This document shows, one piece after another, positions 1-7,018 of a DNA stretch of 64,000 bases (position 1 is the stretch's first letter; each line of letters begins with the position of its first letter). A program made the position numbers and the translations under genes. The DNA comes from a bacterium (GTDB lineage: Bacteria > Patescibacteriota > Dojkabacteria > JAKAPS01 > JAJZLI01): contig JAKAWT010000001.1 in assembly GCA_021816845.1 (NCBI GenBank), forward strand, positions 262,087-326,086. The letters run 5' to 3'. Below the pieces are notes generated by a model that was not told the DNA's origin, ran no database searches, and saw nothing but the letters and a program-made list of their open reading frames with translations.

Positions 1-2
1 TA

Positions 3-515
3 AAAGCAGATCCAACTGCTTCATATTTTGCAAAGATAATTAATAATCAAACACAAAAAAGTGACTCAAATTACAAAGGATACTTTTATCTTTCTATTCC
101 TACAATAAACCTCAATAATATCCCAGTAAAAACTAATGTAGATGGGTTCAACACACAAGCTTATGAACATGTTCTTGTAAATTCACTTGCTCAAATGAAA
201 GGAACTGCACTTCCAGGAGAAACTGGAAATGTATATGTTTATGGACACTCTGCTCCACAATGGTTTGCAGATTTATATCCTGGATCCTTCCTTGGAATTT
301 TTACAAATATATTAAAGCTTAACAATGGAAATTTAATTTATCTTAAATTTAAAGGTAAAACATATACATATAAAGTATTTATGGCAAAAGTAGTACAACC
401 TACTGATTTCTCTGTTCTTGCAGCATCTCCAAACAAAAAGTATCTAACATTGATGACATGTATTCCTCCAGGTATTGGGACTCAAAGATATATAGTAAAA
501 GCTGTACTCATATGA
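3..515 (+). CDS. Sortase family transpeptidase, 5'-truncated by the window edge
   Basis: The frame is open from position 3 with no stop. It contains the catalytic TLxTC motif (TLMTCIPPG), a conserved His (VYGHS) and a downstream Arg, and ends at a TGA stop at 513-515. Confidence 0.7.
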   Translation, partial: KADPTASYFAKIINNQTQKSDSNYKGYFYLSIPTINLNNIPVKTNVDGFNTQAYEHVLVNSLAQMKGTALPGETGNVYVYGHSAPQWFADLYPGSFLGIFTNILKLNNGNLIYLKFKGKTYTYKVFMAKVVQPTDFSVLAASPNKKYLTLMTCIPPGIGTQRYIVKAVLI

Positions 516-583
516 TGACAAATAAGGTAGACAAAATGACATCTTCTTAGTAACTTTATTTATATCTTAGATACAACATGGAA

Positions 584-2239
584 CTACTGGAAAAATTCCT
601 TTTCAAAATCAAAAGCAAATATTTTGCTATTTATATGGATATCTTTTGCTATAATTAACGCTTCACCTACGTCAAATTTTAATAAAGAGTCTTTTTCATC
701 ACTTGATAGTGAGAAAGAACGCGATAATCCAGCAAGATTTATTTTCTCCTGTTTTAATAGAACTTTCAGTGATGTATTTGCAATAATTGATCTTCCCTGT
801 TCTGTTGATATAAAATCCTCTACATCTTGAGTAATATAGAAAATTCCAAAATTATATTTCCTTGCCCTTTTTGAAATTGTTTTTAAATAATTAATAAGAT
901 CAACATTTTCAAACAATCTATGAGCTTCATCAATGAAAATTTCTCTTTGGGTTTTACCATCATGCATATTCCATATGAAATTTAAAACAAGATACATCAT
1001 CAATGATATATTTTCATTATCTAAACTTGAAATATCAAAAACTATTAAATCGTCATCCTTGGATATCTTTATATTAGTCTTTTGAGAATATAAGGATGCA
1101 TTTGTACCTTTTGCTATATTAAATATCTCATCTGCCATACGCGCCTTTGATTTTAAAAGTATATTATACAAATCAACAAATGTGGGAGTTTTGCAGTCTT
1201 TGTATATCCTAATTAAAGCCCTGTCAATTTCATTCTTATCATAATAACTACAGGCCCTTTTTAGAAAACCTTTTAAAAATTGTATCTTTTCTTCAACATT
1301 TTCATTCTTTGTTAAATCAAATGGATTTATATGAAACATTGAGTCATGGCTCAATTTTAAAACTTTGGATCTAGATCCAGAGGATCCAGATCCAGTATTG
1401 TTAAGATTTTTAGCAAGTTTTACATATTCTCCTTCTGGATCTATTACAATTGTTTTTATACCTTTTGATATCATCCTTAAGATGACAGTTTTTGCAAAAA
1501 AACTTTTACCAGCTCCAGACTTTGCAAACACGACTGCATTATAGTTTTCAAACTTAAATATATCAAAGGATATAATAGATTTAGTATTCACATTTATTCC
1601 ATATATTATTCCTGTAAAATCAATAAGGTTATTAGAAGTAAATGGAGTTGATGCTGCTACTGTCTTAAGATTAATAATAGTAGGTAAAGATATATTAGAA
1701 TATGCAGAGTGTAGTAGAGACTTAAAACCTTCAGCATGCCTTAGGTCTAATGGGTAAAATTTGAAACTGCGTGACGCTGTAAAAAGTTCAAAATTCTTAC
1801 AAGAAGTATTTAATGCTGATAGAGAATCTTCAGATATAGCAATAACTATACCAAAAACCATACCCTCTTCTTCCTGGTTTATAATAGATAAATTAAAATC
1901 TTCCAGATTTGAAATCTCAACATCTAGTGACATATCCCTTATTTTACCGGCAGATAATCTTCTGTGCCTTTTTGCTGATAATGATGCAATCCTCATTTTT
2001 ATACCTTGGAGTAAGGCCTTTTTATCAATAGGCTGTATAAACTGCCTTATTACTATATTCGAGTTCAAATTTAGAAAATCAGAAAAATAAAATGGGGTAA
2101 TATCTTGTGGAAAATCATACAGATAATACATTCTATAGAACCTACCGTCCATTTTTAGATATTTATGATTTTCATTTACTATCTTTGGCAATAAAATATC
2201 ACCAGACCCTTTAAAACTTATTTTTATTCTTTTATTCAT
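584..2239 (-). CDS. VirB4/TrbE/CagE-family T4SS ATPase, paralog A (551 aa, ATPase-bearing part)
   Basis: Walker A FAKSGAGKSF is followed by an IDPEGEY motif, and Walker B is IFIDEAH. It aligns along its length with the intact paralog at 7019..9196. An in-frame GS-rich insertion (NTGSGSSGSRSK) is encoded by the palindromic 15-bp repeat. Confidence 0.75.
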   Translation of the reverse strand: MNKRIKISFKGSGDILLPKIVNENHKYLKMDGRFYRMYYLYDFPQDITPFYFSDFLNLNSNIVIRQFIQPIDKKALLQGIKMRIASLSAKRHRRLSAGKIRDMSLDVEISNLEDFNLSIINQEEEGMVFGIVIAISEDSLSALNTSCKNFELFTASRSFKFYPLDLRHAEGFKSLLHSAYSNISLPTIINLKTVAASTPFTSNNLIDFTGIIYGINVNTKSIISFDIFKFENYNAVVFAKSGAGKSFFAKTVILRMISKGIKTIVIDPEGEYVKLAKNLNNTGSGSSGSRSKVLKLSHDSMFHINPFDLTKNENVEEKIQFLKGFLKRACSYYDKNEIDRALIRIYKDCKTPTFVDLYNILLKSKARMADEIFNIAKGTNASLYSQKTNIKISKDDDLIVFDISSLDNENISLMMYLVLNFIWNMHDGKTQREIFIDEAHRLFENVDLINYLKTISKRARKYNFGIFYITQDVEDFISTEQGRSIIANTSLKVLLKQEKINLAGLSRSFSLSSDEKDSLLKFDVGEALIIAKDIHINSKIFAFDFEKEFFQ

Positions 2240-2246
2240 AAATAAT

Positions 2247-2849
2247 CTATATAAAACTTAAAATATTAATAATCTCATCTCTTGTATCTACAATTTTTGC
2301 ACGTAGTGGAGTTTTGGAAAGTAAGAATAAAATTTGTTTATCATGGACCTTTAGAGAGTTATCTATGTTGTTTAATTCCTTCTTAAAAGATAAAGATTTC
2401 CTGGGATGTTTTATCTTATAAGTTATAAAAAACCTTTGGGAGTAAATCTTATTTTGCTTATAGAACATTTTAAAACTATCTTTGTATAATTTTTGTAAAT
2501 CTACTTTATTATTTTTGGATTCACTGGATCTGAATTCCCTGAATCTTAATCCTCGGGACCCAGATCCTCTGGATCTAGATCCTTTGGAATTTGGTCCTTT
2601 AATATTTTTTATATATTTTAAAATTTCACTTTCCTCTATCTCTCTAGATACTACAGTTATGTCTATCGGAATATGCACACCTTTTAAAAATTCTTTGTAC
2701 TTTTTTATAAAATCAATCTTTACATCTTCCTCAGATAGAACAAAATGTGAAGGGAAAACCTCTATGATTCTCATATAAAAATAATCTTTCAGGATTATTG
2801 TCCCTCCTAAAACATCAATTATTGGATAGAAATCATTTGTTTTTTTCAT
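2247..2849 (-). CDS. Conserved T4SS-associated protein immediately upstream of VirB4 (paralog of 9225..9908)
   Basis: Same position relative to VirB4 as 9225..9908, with recognisable similarity (…IIDVLGGTIILKDYFYMRIIEVFPSHFVLSEE… vs …NLLILKNGNVCIVIETSAVNFYLLSEIE…). It carries five degenerate 15-bp repeat units encoding GSRSRGSGSRG. Its stop codon lies 7 nt before the VirB4-A ATG, in a different frame. Confidence 0.4.
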   Translation of the reverse strand: MKKTNDFYPIIDVLGGTIILKDYFYMRIIEVFPSHFVLSEEDVKIDFIKKYKEFLKGVHIPIDITVVSREIEESEILKYIKNIKGPNSKGSRSRGSGSRGLRFREFRSSESKNNKVDLQKLYKDSFKMFYKQNKIYSQRFFITYKIKHPRKSLSFKKELNNIDNSLKVHDKQILFLLSKTPLRAKIVDTRDEIINILSFI

Positions 2850-3213
2850 TGAATTGAGACCTTTTTATTCCTAAGAATTTTGATTCTTGAAGCCTTACTT
2901 CTGGAAGCTCTGCTTCTTGGAGTTCTACTTCAAAGATATTGTATGAGAAAATATATTTTTTATCTTTGAATAAATATTTAATAGAATCCAAAATTAAGAT
3001 ATATGTAGGTCTCCCTCTATAATTTTGTTTTATCAAAAAATAGAAGATAGCTATAATAGAAGATCCTAAAAATATTTTTATATGTATATCAAGTGAAGAT
3101 ACTACCAAAAAAAGAATCGGGGGTGCTGAAAATAATACAACAAAAATATCTGAGGTTAGAGAGAAATAATTATTCCTTAAACTTTTGATTTTATAAACTT
3201 TTACTTTGTCCAT
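2833..3213 (-). CDS. VirB3-like small two-TM membrane protein
   Basis: 126 aa with two hydrophobic helices, sitting upstream of VirB4 as in VirB3/PrgI-type proteins. It resembles the N-terminal 110 aa of 9912..11819. Confidence 0.4.
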   Translation of the reverse strand: MDKVKVYKIKSLRNNYFSLTSDIFVVLFSAPPILFLVVSSLDIHIKIFLGSSIIAIFYFLIKQNYRGRPTYILILDSIKYLFKDKKYIFSYNIFEVELQEAELPEVRLQESKFLGIKRSQFNEKNK

Positions 3214-4133
3214 TATATTATAGATTTAATTTTGGATGATAGAGAAAATATTCTTTCATTTATGACACCACCAAGAAGTTGAGGAATCAAAGAGAGAGAA
3301 AATAGAACTATAATTCCAAGTATCAATCTTTCTAAATTTCCTATGTAATAATTATTAACTATTACTACAAATACAGAAATACCAATTAAGAATGCCGGCT
3401 GGATAAATAAAAGCTGCACTATTTTAGAGAAAGCATTAGGCAATAAATCTCCCATTGGAGGATATATAGATATAACAATAAAAAGAGGAAATAGGAGAAT
3501 TAGAATCCAAAGCATAATAAATCTTATTATAAACTGCAAAGAGAATATGAACAGCGCTATAATAAGAAGTATGTATAATACTATTGAGACAATTCCAGAA
3601 AATATTCCTATTTGAAGTGATGAAGCCCCCATCGTGTTTACAATAGTTGAGAATAAACTTGAACTTCCTCCTATCATATGTACGACTATAAATTGATCTA
3701 CAACATTTATAAATGTTATGAAAAAAGACAAGAAATATATAGATGTAAAAAGAAATATTACTGAAATAAAAAGACTACCTAATAAATCAGATGGAGATAA
3801 ATTGGTTTTACCAACCGTTGCTTCTCCAATTAAATGTATAACATAAACAAGAATTATTACTGGTATAATTGAAATTGCAAGATATTGGGTCCCATTTCTA
3901 TAGTTAGAAATAGCAGCACCTTCAAAATCACCTCCTCCTGGTTTTAGAATGTTGGGTGTATATTCTGTGAACTGATCTATTATATACCCTAGAGAACATA
4001 CTACTCCTTCAAAAGAATATGTAGTTTGAGACGAGCATCCTGACCCTGTACTTTGATTTTGAGCAAATATAGGGGATGCTAGCAGAAAAAGCAGTAATGA
4101 ACTAATAAAAAGTCCCCGAATTAACAACCCCAT
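3213..4133 (-). CDS. Secreted polytopic membrane protein, VirB6/TrbL-like (paralog of 52025..53635)
   Basis: Signal peptide ending …SPIFAQ, then a Ser/Thr/Gly-rich segment with two Cys (GSGCSS…VVCSLGY), then at least 6 TM helices. This architecture is shared with 52025..53635 (…VFAQTTTTSSS…CAPANG…CGF). Confidence 0.45.
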   Translation of the reverse strand: MGLLIRGLFISSLLLFLLASPIFAQNQSTGSGCSSQTTYSFEGVVCSLGYIIDQFTEYTPNILKPGGGDFEGAAISNYRNGTQYLAISIIPVIILVYVIHLIGEATVGKTNLSPSDLLGSLFISVIFLFTSIYFLSFFITFINVVDQFIVVHMIGGSSSLFSTIVNTMGASSLQIGIFSGIVSIVLYILLIIALFIFSLQFIIRFIMLWILILLFPLFIVISIYPPMGDLLPNAFSKIVQLLFIQPAFLIGISVFVVIVNNYYIGNLERLILGIIVLFSLSLIPQLLGGVINERIFSLSSKIKSII

Positions 4134-4353
4134 TTATAAATGTAGTTAAACTAGTAGCACTAAGTACAATAAAAAGACCTATCATTATCCAGACTATTCT
4201 CTTTACAAGTTTAGATCTCTCTTGTGGATTATCTGCATTTAAAATAAATTGAATCCCTAATATTATTATAATTATTAGTAATACTGTCTCCACTGTAGTT
4301 ACTAATAAGGAAGCTATATTTGAAACAAATTGTGACAATCCTGGTATTTGCAT
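4102..4353 (-). CDS. VirB2/TrbC pilin-like small hydrophobic protein
   Basis: 83 aa with two hydrophobic helices separated by a short polar loop. It is the first gene of the minus-strand operon, which is where VirB2 usually sits. Confidence 0.35.
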   Translation of the reverse strand: MQIPGLSQFVSNIASLLVTTVETVLLIIIIILGIQFILNADNPQERSKLVKRIVWIMIGLFIVLSATSLTTFINGVVNSGTFY

Positions 4354-4465
4354 AATGTTTTTATTGATGAGTTAAATATGTCTATTATAGATGAGTTAAA
4401 AAAAATGTCAAATATATAAATGAAAGACTCTTATTAAAAGACAATCCATATTATAAATATCTTTA

Positions 4466-4519
4466 TTGACACAATATGACACAAATGATATAGTATAAGG
4501 GTAGTAATACTACCCTTAT
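4466..4519 (+). promoter_or_regulatory. Sigma70-like promoter with a 25-bp perfect palindrome operator overlapping the abiEi start codon
   Basis: -35 TTGACA at 4466-4471, a 17-nt spacer, then -10 TATAGT at 4489-4494. The palindrome ATAAGGGTAGTAATACTACCCTTAT (4495-4519) covers the predicted transcription start and the ATG at 4518. A direct repeat TGACACAA x2 lies at 4467-4484. Confidence 0.5.
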
Positions 4520-5111
4520 GTATAATCAAATTAAAAGTGTAGAAAAACTAATATTGTCTGGTAAAAAGGTTTTCACTACTGGAGATTTAGCCGTACTTTG
4601 GGAAATTACAAACAGAAATAGGCTGAGGGATAGGATAAAATATTATCTGAAAAATAAAAGACTTCAATCTATCCACAGAGGTATTTATGTTTATGATAAT
4701 AATTATACAAGGGAGGATATAGCACAAAAATTATTTCCATTATCATATATTTCTCTCTATACAACTTCACAAATATATGGACTAACATTTCAGTACTACT
4801 CAGACATTTATTCAATTGCCTTAAAAAGCAAAAAGTATGAAATAGATGGGACAATATACATATATCATAAGGTTAAAGAATCAATTTTTTATAACACCAT
4901 TGGACTAACAAATAATGGCAGGTATACTATTGCTAGTAAAGAAAGAACAATTTGTGATATGTTATATGTTTTCCCAAAGATATCTTTTGACAATTTAAGA
5001 GAAATAAATATCAAAAAATTAGAGGAAGTTTCTAAAATTTATGATAATAGAAGATTGGAAAAATCAATCAACAATATTATTTTAGACATTAATAAACATG
5101 ATAGATCTTGA
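4518..5111 (+). CDS. AbiEi-family antitoxin / transcriptional autoregulator (type IV toxin-antitoxin)
   Basis: About 197 aa with an N-terminal wHTH-like segment (…KVFTTGDLAVLWEITNRNRLRDRI…RGIYV…). It lies immediately upstream of and overlaps an AbiEii-like nucleotidyltransferase gene, and has a palindromic operator at its own promoter. Confidence 0.55.
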   Translation: MYNQIKSVEKLILSGKKVFTTGDLAVLWEITNRNRLRDRIKYYLKNKRLQSIHRGIYVYDNNYTREDIAQKLFPLSYISLYTTSQIYGLTFQYYSDIYSIALKSKKYEIDGTIYIYHKVKESIFYNTIGLTNNGRYTIASKERTICDMLYVFPKISFDNLREINIKKLEEVSKIYDNRRLEKSINNIILDINKHDRS

Positions 5112-5772
5112 AAAGCATGCACAAATACTAAAAAATATACTAAAAGATATTTACACTGATAAATATTTACAAACATCCTTAGCCTTTAAAGGAGGGTCTT
5201 GCCTATATATGTTTTATGGATTAGACAGATTTTCAGTTGATTTAGATTTCAACTTAAAAACTGAAAATTTTGATCCAGATAAGATTACAAAAATACTAAA
5301 GAACTATATCAACATAAATGATCAATCAAATAAAAGGTTTACATGGTTCTGGTTAGGGAGTTATGAAGAAAACAAACAAAAAATAAAACTAGAGATTTCT
5401 AAAAGGGATTATCCAGATAAATATATAAACAAAGATTTTTACGGTATTACCATTTCAATAATGGAACCATCCTACATGTTTGCACATAAACTCTGTGCCA
5501 TCACAGATAGAAAGGTACTGCAAAATAGAGATCTATATGATGCTCATTTTATGTTTAAAAAAGGGTTTGAAATTAATGAGGAGATTATAATGATTAGAAC
5601 TGGAAAAACTAAAAAAGAATATTTTGCATACTTGGTAAAATATATAAATGACAATGTTAATTCTCAAAACATCATTGAGGGATTAGGAGAATTATTAAAT
5701 AGTAGCCAAAAAGACAGTGTAAGAGCAACACTGCGTAGAGATATATTGTTTGATCTAGAGAGTAGAATGTAA
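5098..5772 (+). CDS. AbiEii/AbiGii-family nucleotidyltransferase toxin (DUF1814-like)
   Basis: Hallmark motifs LAFKGGSCLY (GGT/S) and RFSVDLDF (R-x-S-x-D-L-D-F). It overlaps the upstream gene by 14 nt. Confidence 0.65.
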   Translation: MIDLEKHAQILKNILKDIYTDKYLQTSLAFKGGSCLYMFYGLDRFSVDLDFNLKTENFDPDKITKILKNYININDQSNKRFTWFWLGSYEENKQKIKLEISKRDYPDKYINKDFYGITISIMEPSYMFAHKLCAITDRKVLQNRDLYDAHFMFKKGFEINEEIIMIRTGKTKKEYFAYLVKYINDNVNSQNIIEGLGELLNSSQKDSVRATLRRDILFDLESRM

Positions 5773-5855
5773 TAAGAGGAAACTTAATTAAAATACATCA
5801 ATAAAAGGAAAATTTGTAATCTTTTAAAAATTAGAGTAAAATTTTCTCTAAGTAT

Positions 5856-7004
5856 ATGAAAAATAAAATAGTAACATTATCTATATTGTTAGCATTGCTG
5901 TTTGTAGTAGCTGGACTTTTTTCAGTATCCTTATTATTCTCTAAAAAATCTCATGCATCAAGTCTTAAATTGTATCAAAATGTAAACGTATATAAAAAAT
6001 CATCTGGGAATTTATACGTTCTTGGCAACTCACTTTCTGTCAACAATAAAATTTTAGGAGATATGGTATTTTTTGGTAGCAATTCCATAATAAATAATAT
6101 TATATCTCAGGATTTCATTGATTTTTCTGGAACTACTATAGTGAATGGTACTATAGTAAATAATGCATATGTTGTTTCAGGAAATGTCACTCTAAATGGA
6201 AAGGTTAAAGAAGATTTAGTTTTTCTTGGAGGAAACATAGATATATCAAGAAATGCTACTGTGTACGGTAACTTATACGCCCTAGGAGGAGAAGTACTTG
6301 TTAATGGTACTATCATGCATAATGCATATGTTGATGCTGGACATTTTACTTTAAATGGCAATATTGGAGGTAACTTAAAACTATCATCTAATAATGTTGA
6401 AATTAATAAAGGATCTAATATCCATGGATATCTTTCATATACAGGATCAGATAATAAAAAATCCTATGTTGATAAAAATAGTATAAAAGGACATATATAT
6501 AGATATTATACAAACCAAGATCAGAAAGAAATTGCCCTCACCATAGCAAGGACAGTACTTACATTCCTTGCTATGATAATATTTGTGTTACTATTTATAA
6601 GAATATTTCCAAGATTATCTTTATCAGTAGTAAAGAATGCCACAGAAAAAACATGGGTAAGTTTTGGGTATGGATTTGTAGAAATCATAGTAACACCTGT
6701 AATTGCAGCAATATTACTACTAACAATAATAGGGATTCCAGTATCAATATTATTAATAGGGATATATATGTTATTAATTTTTGTATCCTATATGTTAAAC
6801 GGGCTTATATTGGGAGCATTCATTACAAAATATTTATATAGAATGGATGTGGGAATAAGGTTTAGGTCAGCATTTGCTGGAATATTCATATCATCACTTA
6901 TAAGCATAATCCCAGTAATAGGAGGTCTATATAACATATTTATGGGAATTGTGATATTTGGGGCATTTAGCTTAATAATGAAAAATTATATATTAAAAGT
7001 CTAA
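5856..7004 (+). CDS. Membrane protein with an N-terminal anchor, a beta-helical repeat domain (bactofilin/DUF4097-like) and a C-terminal multi-TM region
   Basis: Repeated G-N/T-V/I-x-V/L-N-G units (NGTIVNNAYVVSGNVTLNGKV…GGNIDIS…GGEVLVNGTI…), followed by about 4 TM helices. Confidence 0.4.
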   Translation: MKNKIVTLSILLALLFVVAGLFSVSLLFSKKSHASSLKLYQNVNVYKKSSGNLYVLGNSLSVNNKILGDMVFFGSNSIINNIISQDFIDFSGTTIVNGTIVNNAYVVSGNVTLNGKVKEDLVFLGGNIDISRNATVYGNLYALGGEVLVNGTIMHNAYVDAGHFTLNGNIGGNLKLSSNNVEINKGSNIHGYLSYTGSDNKKSYVDKNSIKGHIYRYYTNQDQKEIALTIARTVLTFLAMIIFVLLFIRIFPRLSLSVVKNATEKTWVSFGYGFVEIIVTPVIAAILLLTIIGIPVSILLIGIYMLLIFVSYMLNGLILGAFITKYLYRMDVGIRFRSAFAGIFISSLISIIPVIGGLYNIFMGIVIFGAFSLIMKNYILKV

Positions 7005-7018
7005 GACTTAATTTCGCA

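Noticed and set aside
624-830. Short ORFs antisense to or nested within confident genes (for example 624..830, 1761..2090, 2482..2778, 4669..4854, 6107..6361, 7048..7311, 8238..8807, 10556..10789, 55676..56140, 57658..57957, 58326..58969)
   Set aside because: All lie entirely within longer ORFs on the opposite strand or in another frame, and those longer ORFs have clear homology or motifs. They have no independent signals and are treated as shadow ORFs.
1367-1396. GS-rich peptides (GSGSSGSRS, GSRSRGSGSRG) and BamHI/XbaI/BglII-like sites suggesting an engineered linker or cloning artefact
   Set aside because: The same 15-bp unit recurs at four loci, including grpE and a six-unit array, in two reading frames. 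This is consistent with a natural palindromic repeat family rather than a synthetic construct.
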